DNA of 34,856 nucleotides. Origin: Chiloscyllium plagiosum (Eukaryota). Where the stretch lies: the NCBI RefSeq assembly GCF_004010195.1, contig NC_057755.1, forward strand, positions 2,477,474-2,512,329, read 5' to 3'. This document shows positions 23,301 through 34,597 of the stretch, in pieces (the stretch's first letter is position 1; each line of letters begins with the position of its first letter). The position numbers were made by a program, and so were the translations under genes. Below the pieces are notes generated by a model. The model was not told the origin of the DNA. It ran no database searches and worked only from the letters and a program-made list of their open reading frames with translations.

Positions 23301-23633
23301 GGGCAAGGATTGAGTAGGGATAGTCAGCATGGTTTTGCGTGAGGAAACTCATGTCTCACAAATTTGGTCGATTTTTTTTAAGAAGTTGCCAAAAATATCG
23401 ATGTGGCAGAGCGGTAAATATTGTTTACTTGGCTTCAGCAAAACCTTTGATAAGGCTCTGCATGGTGGGCAAGGATTGAGTAGGGATAGTCAGCATGGTT
23501 TTGCGTGAGGAAACTCATGTCTCACAAATTGGTCGATTTTTTTTTAAGAAGTTGCCAAAAATATCGATGTGGGCAGAGCGGTAAATATTGTTTACTTGGT
23601 TTCAGCAAAACCTTTGATAAGGCTCTGCATGGT
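23301..23633. repeat. 166-bp tandem duplication inside the CR1 RT region
   Basis: gggcaaggattgagtaggg...ggctctgcatggt at 23301-23466 and 23467-23633. Confidence 0.95.
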
Positions 23634-24606
23634 AATCAAATGAGTAAAATGAGAGCATATGGGATTCAGGGTGAGCTTGACAATTGGATAAAACATTGGC
23701 TTCATGGCAGGAAACAGCTAGTCATGGTGGAGGTATATGTTTTTGATGGGATACCTGTGACCAGCGGTGTTCCAGGGATCGGTACTGGATCCACTTTTGT
23801 TTGCCATTTATGGAAATGGTTTGGATGAGAATATGGAAGACATTATGAGTAAGTTTGTGGATGATACCCAAATTGCTGGTGAAGTGGTCAGTGAAGATTG
23901 TTACCGAGTTTTCAGAGACCTTGATCACTTGAGTCAATGGACTGAGGAGTAGAGGTGGAGTTTAATTTGGAAACGTGTGAGGGATTGCATTTTGGTAAAA
24001 CAAATAAGGGTAGGATTTAATGGCAGGGCCCCGGGTAGTGCTGTGGAGCAGAGAGGCCTTGGGGTTCAGGTACATTATTCTTTGAAATGTGCATTCGAGG
24101 TAAATAGGGTGGATAAGAAGGCATTTAGCATGCTTGTGTTCATTGCTCAGACCATTGAATACGGCAGTTGGGATGTTATACTGAGGTTTTACAGAGTATT
24201 GGGAAGGTCTCTTCTAGATTAATGTGTGCAATTCTGGTGTCCTGTTACAGAAAGGATCAAATTGGAGAGGGCTCAGTGAAGATTTTCCAAGTTGTTGCCG
24301 GGAATGGAGGTTTTGAGATGTAAAAATAGACGGTACAGGCTGGGACTTTTCTCATTGGGACATTAGAGATGGGGGGATGACCTCACTGAGGTTTATACAA
24401 CCATGAGGTGCACAGAGAAGGTCAATTATAAGGTCTTTTCACTCAGGTTGGGGAATATCAAAACAGAGGCTCATATTTAAAGGTGGCAGGAGAAAGATTT
24501 AAAAATGACATGAGGGACAACTTTTTTACACAGGGATTGGATTGCGTGTTGGAATGAACTGACAGAAAGTGATGGATGCAGGTACAGTTACAATGTTTAA
24601 AATGCA

Positions 24607-25276
24607 TAGAGGCATAGAGATATACAGCACGAAAGCAGACTCTTCGGTCCAACTCGTCCATGTCAACCAGATACCCTTTTGGCAGCAAATGGCCCATAAT
24701 CCTCTAAAGCCTTCCAATTCATACAACCATTTACTGATGTCTTTTACACGTTGTAATTGTACCAACCGCCATCACTTCCTCTGGCAGCTCATTCCATACC
24801 CGTACCACCCTCTGTGTGAAAACGTTGCCCTTTTGGTCCCTTTTAAATCATTCCCCTCTCACCTTAAGCCAATGTCCTCTTGTTTTAAACTGTCCATCCC
24901 TATCAAGATTTTATAAACCTTTACAAGGTCAGCCCTCAGCCTCCGACACTCCAGGGAAAACAACCCCAGCCTATTCACCTTGTCCCGAAAGCTCAAACTC
25001 TTCAACCTTCACAACATCCTTGTAAATCTTTTCTGAACTCTTTCAAGTTTCACAACATCCTTCCTATAGCAGGGAGACTGAAATTGAATGCAGTCTTCCA
25101 AACGTGGCTTCACCAAAGTCCTGTACAACTGTCACATGACAGCACAACTCCTATACTCGATGCTCTGACAAAAAAAGGAAAGCATACTAAACATCTTCTT
25201 CACTTTCAAGGAACAGTAAACCTGAACTCCAAAGTTTATTTGTTCAGCAAACCTCTCCAGGACCTTACCATTAAGT
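24607..25276 (-). mobile_element. CR1/HER1-type 3' fragment, tail-to-tail with the preceding CR1
   Basis: atagaggcatagagatatacagcac tail as at 15022; body colinear with 15022-15760. Confidence 0.88.
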
Positions 25277-26485
25277 AGGTAAAACCACGGACTGCAGATG
25301 CTGGAAACCAGAGTCTAGATTAGAGTGGTGGTGGAAAAGCACTGCAGGTCAGGCAGCATCCGAGGAGGAGGAAAATCGACATTTCGGGCAAAAGCCATTC
25401 TTCAGAAATAGTGTCAGGGTGTCTGCAGAGTGAAGACATAAATGGGGATGGGGAGAAAGTAGCATAGAGTACAATAGTTGAATGGGGGTGGGGATGAGGG
25501 TAATAGGTCAGAAGGGAGGGTGGACTGGATAGGTGGAAAGGAAGATAGGCACGTAAGACAGGTGATGAGGGCGGTGCTGAGCGGGAAGGCTGGGGCTGGG
25601 GTGAAGTGTGGGAAGTGCAAATGAGGAAACTGGTGAAATCCACATTGATGCCATGGGGTTGAAGCGTTCCGAGGCGGGAGATAAGACGTTCTTCCTCCAT
25701 GCGTCGGGTGGTGAGGGAGCGGCGGTGGAGGAGGCCTGCACATCCTCGGCATAGTGGGAGGGGGAGTTGAAATGTTGGGCCACTGGGCGGTGGGGTTGAT
25801 TGGTGCGGGTGTCCCGGAGATGTTCCCTAAAATGCTCTGCTAGGAGGCGTCCAGTCTCCCCAATGTAGAGGAGACCGCATCGGCAGCAACAGATGCAATA
25901 AATTATGTTGGTGGGTGTGCAGGTAAAACTTTGATGGATGAGGAAGTCTCCTTTGGGGCCTTGGATGGAGGTGAGGGCGCAGGCTTTGCAATTTCTGCGG
26001 TGGCAGGGGAGGGTGCCAGGAAGGGAGGGTGGGTTGTTGGGGGACATGGACATGACCAGGTAGTCACGGAGGAAACAGTCTTTGTGGAAGGCGAAAAGGG
26101 GTGCAGAGGGAAATGTATCCCTGGTGGTGGGGTCCGTTTGGAGATGGCGGAAATGTCATCGGATGATGTGGTTTATGCGAAGGTTGGTAGGGTGGAAGGT
26201 GAGCACTTGGGGTGGGGGGGGGGGGGGTCTGTCCTTGTTACGGTTGGAGGGGTGGGCTCTGCGGGCGGAGGTGCGGGATGTGGATGAGATGTGTTGGAGA
26301 GAAGGGAAATTGCGATCTCTAAATAAGGAAGCCATCTGATGTGTTCTGTGGTAGGACTGGTCTTCCTGGGAGCAGATATAGTGGAGGTGGAGGAATTGGG
26401 AATACGGGATGGCATTTTTGGATGAGATGGGTGGGAAGAGGTGTAATCTAGGTGGCTGTGGGAGTCGGTGGGTTTGTAAAAATTG
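25277..26485 (-). mobile_element. Penelope-like retroelement 3' portion with GIY-YIG endonuclease remnant and terminal repeat
   Basis: PCHRRNCKAC...FTCTPTNIIYCICCCRCGLLYIGETGRLLAEHFREHLRD (IIY..YIG motif). Terminal repeat 25280-25410 has a degenerate hammerhead CUGAAGA-AUGGC-UUUU-GCCC-GAAAUGUC. Confidence 0.92.
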
Positions 26486-27042
26486 TATCCCCCTTCATTT
26501 GTATAATAGTCTTGTGTAAAATTTTAAATTGTGTGCTCAATTNNNNNNNNNNNNNNNNNNNNNNNNNNNNNNNNNNNNNNNNNNNNNNNNNNNNNNNNNN
26601 NNNNNNNNNNNNNNNNNNNNNNNNNNNNNNNNNNNNNNNNNNNNNNNNNNNNNNNNNNNNNNNNNNNNNNNNNNNNNNNNNNNNNNNNNNNNNNNNNNNN
26701 NNNNNNNNNNNNNNNNNNNNNNNNNNNNNNNNNNNNNNNNNNNNNNNNNNNNNNNNNNNNNNNNNNNNNNNNNNNNNNNNNNNNNNNNNNNNNNNNNNNN
26801 NNNNNNNNNNNNNNNNNNNNNNNNNNNNNNNNNNNNNNNNNNNNNNNNNNNNNNNNNNNNNNNNNNNNNNNNNNNNNNNNNNNNNNNNNNNNNNNNNNNN
26901 NNNNNNNNNNNNNNNNNNNNNNNNNNNNNNNNNNNNNNNNNNNNNNNNNNNNNNNNNNNNNNNNNNNNNNNNNNNNNNNNNNNNNNNNNNNNNNNNNNNN
27001 NNNNNNNNNNNNNNNNNNNNNNNNNNNNNNNNNNNNNNNNNN

Positions 27043-27322
27043 ATGAGCGGTCATAGCTTTAAATTCAGGGATGTTAGATATAGGACAGATGTCAGAAATC
27101 GTTTCTTTTGTAAGGAGTGCTAGGGGTATGGATCGCACTGCCTGTAGCAGTAGTTGACTCCCCAACTTTTAAGGGCATTTAAATGATCATTGGATAGGCA
27201 AACGGATGAAAATGGAATAGTGTAGGTTACATGGGCTTCAGTTGGGTTCCACAGGTAAGCACAACATCGACAGCCAAAGGGTCTGTTCTGTGCTGTAATG
27301 TTCAATGTTCTATGTTCTATTT
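27043..27322 (+). mobile_element. CR1 3' end
   Basis: GHSFKFRDVRYRTDVRNRFF and (gttctat)n tail. Confidence 0.85.
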
Positions 27323-27419
27323 GAAGAAACGTTTTATCTTGCCCAAAAAGCACACAACTTGCAAACAGTCCATGCAGGCAGTTGTTCCAAACTTTTTAAA
27401 ATATAAATTACTACTTTGG

Positions 27420-27785
27420 AAATAGAACCTGTCTGGCTCAAAATTGGGATACAGACAGACTGTAACCTCACAATTTTAATACATTGTCTGAGCTGAGATG
27501 TCACTTTTTTCGTAAAACCCGAAGTTACCTCGAGAGTATGACTTTTAAAACTGCTGGAGTTTTGTAATAATGTATCAAAACCTGCAACGTATTCTAAAAA
27601 AATGCAAGTTAACATCAATGTAGGTTTGTTCAATATCTCGTTTTAATTGCATGTCACTGTGATCTTTTGCTTTCAATTCTGTATCTTCTGATCCTGCCCC
27701 ACTAGTCACACTCCGTAAGCGAGTATTTCCAAATAAATCCACTGCAATATAACACGGTCCTGTGTGATTTTTAACCCTGTTAAAC
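27420..27785 (+). mobile_element. Diverged copy of the family-2 short element, hammerhead core absent
   Basis: Aligns with 20298-20560 but lacks ctgatgaaggagcagcg. Confidence 0.7.
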
Positions 27786-28115
27786 AGGGAAGCCACATCC
27801 CCGTGTTGAGGAGAACAGTTCTCAGAGAGACATTTATAAACCAGAATATCGTTACCAAATGGTCAGAATCAATACTATGACAACTCTGACATGAGATCGT
27901 AGCATGGAGGGGTATGGTATTTGGTATCAATAATAGCGTATACGCATTTTGCTGTGTTTGTTATTAACCGAATGTGATTCACATATTCTAAAAAACTTTT
28001 AAAAAAATCTGTTCTGTCACAACTGGGATTTAAATTACTGTCGTCATCTATTTATTCAAATTCTTGAAAAACAATTGGAGTGCGCTGTGACAATCCCCCG
28101 GGCAATGCCAGCAGC

Positions 28116-28121
28116 TATAAA
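28116..28121 (+). promoter_or_regulatory. Candidate TATA box of the GPCR gene
   Basis: gcTATAAAtg about 80 bp upstream of ATG 28197, in non-repeat sequence. Confidence 0.5.
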
Positions 28122-28196
28122 TGAAAAACTTTGTGAAATATTGCATCATTTATTAATACGGAGAGAGATTGCTAGGACAAAAATATTCTTGAGAAA

Positions 28197-28263
28197 ATGC
28201 ATCTTCCAATTCAGAAGGCGCAGCAAACATTTTACACAGTCCTTCCAATTCCAACAATTCCTG
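28197..28263 (+). CDS. Predicted exon 1 of a GPR139/GPR142-like class A GPCR (MHLPIQKAQQTFYTVLPIPTIP + G)
   Basis: ATG in aaaATG context, 67 nt long, ending at the consensus donor G|gtgagt in phase 1. The phase matches the acceptor at 31088, and the exon supplies the missing N-terminal half of TM1. Confidence 0.8.
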
Positions 28264-29809
28264 GTGAGTGCGTTGTGTCATTGAATGTGTGTAAATCTGT
28301 CTTGAGCATTCCCTACGTTTTAACGCTGCAATTGAAAGTGACACATGGGCATTTTGGGGCACTCTCAAACATGGGTAGATGATCTGTGGTCTAGTCTCAG
28401 ATTACAGATTACCGTGCAGAATCGCCTTCACTACAGACCCGGAAGAATTTCCTTGAGTAATTGAAATTTCCATTTTATAATTCAGTTTGTCGCGCGACAA
28501 ATATCCAATTCAATTGGAGACTACAGAGAGTTTCGATGAAATTAAGTAAAATACTCACTTTCGTTTTTTCGTGTGAACAACCGTTAGGTTTCTCTATTTA
28601 TCTGAAGTTAATAGTTAATTTATAGGTATTTCTGCAAGCACACATTTTTTCCCTTCAAAAAACCGTGATTATATACTGGCCCGAGGTTGAATGGGTTTAT
28701 GCACAATAAACGTTTGTTGCTATTTTCTGATTGAATGCAACCTCGCATTCTGGAATCTGAGTTTAAGGAAAACACCATTAATTGAGAAACAATTTTACTA
28801 CACTTTTAATTGTGAGTCATTTCTTTTATCCCTTGGAACACCCTGAAACTGGGTGTGTGTATAGATCTGTGTTCATGAGAAGTGACCCAGAGAATTAGTC
28901 AATTCGACTACCATGATCTAAAAAGTTCTTGTTCATCCCAGACCAGAATGTTGGAATAAAGGAAGCCCTGAAGTGTTTACCAAAAGCTGAGGAGATTGAC
29001 GCTCAGCTGTGTGTTAGATTCCCGAAGAAACTGCAGTTCCGCTCTAAGAGTGGAAATCGCAACTGACATGACAAAGTGTAAAATCCAGGTTTTCTGGTGT
29101 CAGTATTATATGAGAGGTGTTTTTTGAACTGCATCAGTGGTGGCGATCTGTATACATTATATGTTTTTTTTTTCAATTTATCGGGTGTTTCCAAATTAAT
29201 GAGGTTATAGATTTACTGTGTGCTCAACGCGTCTGAACTTTGTTATGAGTAAACAATTTGCATTATTCTGTTTTATCATCATTTGTTTGGTACTGAACTG
29301 CTGATTTGTTGTTGAAATAAAATTTGAGCATTGTCTGTTTACGAGTTGTCAAGAGATCATGTTGTTCAAAACCAAAACAAATACCGTTCTGATCCATCAC
29401 GTTCTATTCAGGTCCCACTTCTGGCTTGTACTGCAGTTAATTCAGATCATATCAGACAGAAGAAATGTTGTTAAACTCATACTCTAACTTCTGAGAGACT
29501 GATTAACTTATCCCACACCACCGTCCAGCCGTCCAGGTCCAGTACATAGCCCAGACTTTGACCAGACATCTTCTCTGGGAATCAATTCCATATTTACTCT
29601 TTCCCAAACGACTCCTCCCTTACCCTGGATGTTATCCAACCTGAAACAAACCGCTCCCATTCCTGCAAAACCTGTAACTCTGCTAACACTTAAATCAGTG
29701 GGTAGATTACCGCTGCAACGTTGTGCACAGTTGTCGTCACAGCTGTACAGGAAGAGCAGAATTTCACTGGGATGAACACACAGTAGACTTACAACCAAAT
29801 TACCAGCAC

Positions 29810-30190
29810 TTGGAAATTAGAGCAGCATTGAGGGAAGATTGGATAGCGCTAGACTTGTTTTCTGGAGAGCAGAAGAGAATGAGAGTTGATGTAATTGAGG
29901 TGTACAAACTCAGAAGGGTTTTGATACAGACCTGTTACCCCTAACGGAATGGAGCATTTATCACGGGACACAGATTGAGGCTCACTGCTGAAGGATCATA
30001 CGGTTCATGAAGGCTAACCCTTCCATCCAGACAGTCGTGGTGTGTCTGGACCTCATTTCCCAGTTTGGGGTCGTGAGGTGGCAATTCTCAACGTATTTAA
30101 ATGCAACCAGAATCTTGCATTGAAGTGTATTAACCAAGAAGACTGTGAACTAGGTATTGGACATTGGAATGAGAATAGGAAGCTGGTTCA
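29810..30190 (+). mobile_element. Old CR1 3' fragment in the GPCR intron
   Basis: LDLFSGEQKRMRVDVIEVYK. Confidence 0.7.
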
Positions 30191-30204
30191 ATTTCCTTTG
30201 AGGG

Positions 30205-30540
30205 AAAATCAAGGACTGCAGATGCTGAAAACCAGAGTCCAGATTAGAGTGGTGCTGGAAAAGCATAGCAGGTCAGGCAGCATCCAAGGAGCAGGAAAAT
30301 CGACGTTTCAGGCAAAAGGCGTTCATCAGGAATAAAATGCAGCACCTGTCCTTCGTTTGCAATTATCAGTTCTTGTCTGCGGAAAAACAGAATTAAACAT
30401 TTGAGTCGAGTAACCCTTCTTCAGAAGAACATTTCTCTGTGCAGTGATTCCAGTCACGAAACATTAACTCTATTTTTCTCTTCACCGATGCTGCCATATC
30501 TGTTGAGTTTCTCAAACTACTTTTGCTTCTGTTCCACTTT
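30205..30540. mobile_element. Penelope-like terminal-repeat fragments in the GPCR intron (family 1 at 30205-30333, minus strand; a third family as an inverted pair at about 30380-30535)
   Basis: aggactgcagatgctg...tcgacgtttcaggcaaaaggcgttcatcagg. Then minus-strand CUGAAGA-AGGGUUACUCGACUC-AAA and plus-strand gaaacattaactct..gatgctgcca. Confidence 0.7.
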
Positions 30541-30614
30541 TCCAGGATAAACATCTATTTGATTTAGGATGGCAATGTTCAACCTCCTAACAAGCCTCAC
30601 AGAAGCACTTCCTG

Positions 30615-30865
30615 GAATCATAGAAGCTGACCACACAGAAGAGGTAATCCGTTCCATCAGGCTTATGCTATCAAAGCTGCAGTCGTCCTAGTTTCCACAA
30701 CCAGGTTAATCGCCTCGAAGGTTATGACACTTCGAGTCCTCATCCAAACAGTCCTTAAATGTTGGGAGGTATATTGCCTCAGCTACCACCCCATACAGTG
30801 CATTCCAAATCCCCAACCCTCTCTGGGTGAAAGCCGTTCCCGCAAATCCCCTCTGTCTTTTATTT
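30615..30865 (-). mobile_element. Old CR1 3' fragment in the GPCR intron
   Basis: aatcatagaa tail and gcattccaaatccccaaccctctctgggtgaaa (antisense of the F.QR.V..WN motif). Confidence 0.65.
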
Positions 30866-31088
30866 GAAAAACATGCTCCCTTGACTTCTCTGCACAGATC
30901 GAATAAAACAGAAAAGAGTGCCCAGGCCAGAAATGATTTCGGCTTGCAGATGTCCTTTTGAGATCTGCCATTGAAAACTTCCCAATTGACGCATTCATTT
31001 GCTGACTACATCTATTGATCTCTAGGCAGACTCAGATAATGTTTGATCAGTAATTTTCAACTCCAGTTTTATCTTCTGTCTCCTACAG

Positions 31089-31960
31089 TTAATTTCCTGG
31101 TGGTTTTGATTCTCACGCGAGGGAAATGTGGACTCTCTAAGTGTACAACGCGCTGCCTGTTGGCTATGGCAACATCGGATCTAGTGTTCATTTTCATAAA
31201 CATCATACTAAGGCGATTCAGTCTGTATTACTTCCAAAAGTCTCTGCTGGACATCACCACTGTGTGCAGTATCATCTTTGTCCTGGTTCGTGCAGCCACA
31301 GACTGTTCCATCTGGTTCACTGTCCTTTTCTCCTTTGATCGTTTTGTGGCCATTTGCTGTCTGAAAATGAAGAGAAAATTTTGGACAGAGAAAGACTTGT
31401 CTGTGGCTCTAACGACAATTGGCATTCTGCTCTGTTCAAAATGTATTCCTTTTTATTTTGTGTTTAAACCTAAGCAGATAATTAACAACATTCCACGGTT
31501 TTGCGGAGTAAAATTAAAGTATTATGGAGACCCCAGGTGGCTGGGATTTAAGTGGTTTGATATCGTTTTAACCCCTTTCATCCCATTCGTGTTAATTCTT
31601 TTGATGAACACTCTGACGGTGAGGCGTGTTTTGGTGGCCAAACGACTCCGCAAGACTCTGAGGGGTCTTGGCACGAGAGAGAATCAGGGAGACACAGAGA
31701 TGGACAGCCGAAGAAAGTCGATAATTTCCCTCTTCACCATATCCATCAGCTTTATACTTCTGTGGTTAGTGTATGGTATAACCTTCTTATCCCAAGGCTT
31801 TAATGGAACAAGAGACTATTTTGGGAAGGCAAGTATTTTACCCTATGTTGGGGATATGCTCAAGGATTTCAGCTGCAGCACAAACACATTATTTTATGCA
31901 GTGACTATGTTCAAGTTCAGAGAGAAGGTGAGGAATGCGGTGCAACAACTGGTCAAGTAA
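31089..31960 (+). CDS. Exon 2 of a GPR139/GPR142-like orphan class A GPCR (spliced product about 312 aa)
   Basis: Pyrimidine-rich acceptor ttttatcttctgtctcctacag|TTAAT. Uninterrupted frame with TM1 Asn (VNF), TM2 AMATSDL, TM3 Cys and SFDRFVAIC, ECL2 Cys, TM5 PFVLILLMN, TM6 SFILLW, TM7 NTLFY and helix-8 KFR. Confidence 0.92.
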
Positions 31961-32061
31961 AATCTTCACTTCAGGATGTCAGCAAAACAACTGGTATGTC
32001 CAAATGTGATCGCAGCATTCCCATTTCAGGACTAACATATGTCTGGCCAGGATACCATCAG

Positions 32062-32228
32062 GACAAAGTAAGGACTGCAGATGCTGTAGGTCAGAGTTGA
32101 GAGTGTCGTGCTAGAAAAGCACAGCAAATCAGCCAGGATCCGAAGAGCAGGAGAATCAATGTTTCGAACAAAGCCCTTCATCAAAAATTGAGGGATGATG
32201 CCCGAAAGGTCGAATCTCCTGCTCCTGT
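32062..32228 (-). mobile_element. Penelope-like terminal repeat with fold-back
   Basis: aaagtaaggactgcagatgctg... then gagcaggaga (32145-32154) pairing with tctcctgctc (32215-32224) around cccttcatca. Confidence 0.8.
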
Positions 32229-32242
32229 AAGATTACACAGGA

Positions 32243-34595
32243 AACATATTGATTATATTCCAGTATGTAACTCACTCTCGGGAATCTGTTCTTCTCAATA
32301 TAAACCACCCTGATCATATTGATTATGTTCCAGTCTGTAACGCATTCCTGGGTATCTGTCATTCGATATAAGAACACTACTGACTACACCGATTAGATTT
32401 CATGCTGGGACAATGTTTTACCCATTAACTTACCATCTCTACATTTAAATATCCTACTGTCAAACCCTCTCCTTTGGTCAGTGTGTATTTGTCTGTCTGT
32501 TTCACTCTACTCTCCCAGAATATCAGTAAATTGCCATATTCATATTGAATTGGTTCATGGTGTGGGTGGAGGGGGTCAATTATCAAGAGACACAGGCACA
32601 AAGTGCGGTGGGGGGAAGGGGGACGTTTAAAAGAGATGTGCAAGGCAGGTTCTTTACACAAAGGGTGGTGTGTGCCTGGAACGCGCTGCCAGAGGAGGTG
32701 GTGGAAGCAGACACAATAACAGCATTCAGGATGCACCTGGATGAATACAGAAATAGGAAGGGAATAGAGAGATTTGGATGTTCTAAGTGAAGGCAGCTTT
32801 AGTATGGAAGGGCAAGGTGTGGCAGTGCATACTTGGAGGGCCAAAGGGCCTGTTCCTGTGCTGTATTGTTCTTTGTTCTTATGTTCACAGTTATTTGAAA
32901 GTGGAGTTGCAGGTAGATTGGACAGTGAAGAAGGTCTTTGGTATACTTGCCTTTATTGGTCAGTGCATTGAGATTAGGATTTGGGGGCGTCATACTGCGG
33001 CTGTACAGGACATTGGTTAGGCCACGTGTGGAATACTGCGTGTAATTTTGGTCTCCCTGCTCCAGGAAGGATGTTGTGAAACGTGAAACGTGAAAAGGTT
33101 CAGAAAAGGTTTAGAAGGATGTTGCCAGAGTTAGAGCTTTTCAGCTACAAGGAGAGGCTGAACAGGCTAGGGCTGCTTTCCCTGGAGCACCGGAGGCAGA
33201 GGGGTGACCTTATAGAGGTTTAAAAAATCATGAGAGGCATGGAGGGTAAATAGTCAAGATCTTTTCCCCGGGATGGGGGAGTCCAGAACTAAACAGTATA
33301 GGTTTAGGTTGAGAGGGGAAAGGTATAGAGCGACCCAAGGGGCAACTTAGTCATGCAAGGGTGATGTGTGTATGGAATGAGCTGCCAGAGGGAATGGTGG
33401 AGACTGGTACAATTGCAACATTTCAAAGGCATTTGGATGGGTAAATGAATTTGGAAGGTTTCGAGGGACATGGGCCAAGGCAAAAGTGAGGACTGCAGAT
33501 GCTGGAAATCAGAGTCGAGATTAGAGTGTTGCTGGAGATGCACAGCAGGTCACGCAGCATTCGAGGAGTTGGAAAATCGATGTTTCAGGCAAAAGCCCTT
33601 CATCAGGATATGAGCCAAGTGCTGGCAAATCGTTAGGTTTGGATATCTGGTTGTTCAGTTGGACCGAAGGGTCTTCTTCTGTGCTGTCCAATTCTGTCTC
33701 TGGGACTCTGTGACATGACGTGTCAGTTGAATAGGACACTGACTCTTGTTTGACTTCTACCCAGAATATTTACCCCTGTAACTGGGCTTATGCTTAGCAC
33801 AATTCAATCACTGTAGTTTCTTGTGAGCTGAGAGGCGTCTTTACAAGTGGGATGGCTAAGCAAATCCTTTCCCATCGTCCCGACTGGAGAACAGTCTCTC
33901 CCCATGTGAAGTCACTGTGTACCCTGAGGTTGGAAGAACACTTGAACCCAGCCACCCTGTGAGAGCACCTGAATGGTCTCTCATATACGAACACATGGAT
34001 GGGAAATCAGATCCCCGCTATTTTTAAAGCATTTCAGTGTGTGGATAGTTAGAAGGTCAGTGGGACCTCACTGATGTGCCAGACAATTGAATAAATGACT
34101 GAATCCTCTTCCCTATTATGAGCAGGAGAATGCTCCTTCCCCCTGCCTCTGCTTCAGGCCCCACCCACTTCCCACCACATCCCTGCCCCCACCACTGACT
34201 CCGCCCACGGCCATGCCTATGCCTGCCCCCCGCCACACTCCACCCTGCCCCATCCATGGCACTGCCCCCGCAACCACCCCTGCCACGCCCCAGTGTGAAT
34301 ACACTGAGTTGAACTGGTTGCCTGAACACAGGTCTGCAGTGAGAACATCTGAGTGGCCTCTCCTCAGTGTGTACACATCGATGGTGTGTCAGTTCCCAAG
34401 TATTTTTACAACATCTCCCACAATTTGGACTTTTAAAAGCCAACGCCCCAGTGTGAATGTGGTCATGTATCAACAATTGTGATGATTGAGTGAATCCCTT
34501 CCCACAGTTCGAGACAGCACTATGGTACACTGCTAAACAATACTGGCTCACAGCTCGAAGAACCTCGGTCCAATTCCAGACTTGGATGAAAATAT
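32243..34595 (-). repeat. Copy B of the inverted duplication (70-bp satellite units, CR1 fragments, Penelope-like repeat 33481-33607, ZNF remnant)
   Basis: Reverse complement of 6690-8996. Confidence 0.93.
33805..34525 (-). pseudogene. C2H2 zinc-finger exon remnant (paralog of 6745-7455)
   Basis: SNCGKGFTQSSQLLIHDHIHTG, HRCVHTEERPLRCSHC and YERPFRCSH. Confidence 0.82.
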
Positions 34596-34597
34596 TA

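Larger units (their letters stand above)
21285..24605 (+). mobile_element. Decayed long CR1 with ORF1 SGNH-esterase region and ORF2 (endonuclease, RT) remnants
   Basis: ORF1: VVTGD...MVCCFLGARVKD...PEVVVYIGND, INQWLKRWC..QGFRF, HLNWEG. ORF2: AMTET*L, PGNYKPVSLT, FSKTFDKALH, QGSVLDPLLF, KFVDDT. Confidence 0.92.

Noticed and set aside
31043..31088. ORF-track start of the GPCR (MISNFQLQFYLLSPT)
   Set aside because: It uses a non-ATG start and is the polypyrimidine tract and acceptor of the intron.
34057..34551. 164-aa ORF as a functional zinc-finger protein
   Set aside because: Fingers lack full Cys/His sets, the ORF runs into the G-rich insert, and the paralogous copy is frameshifted.
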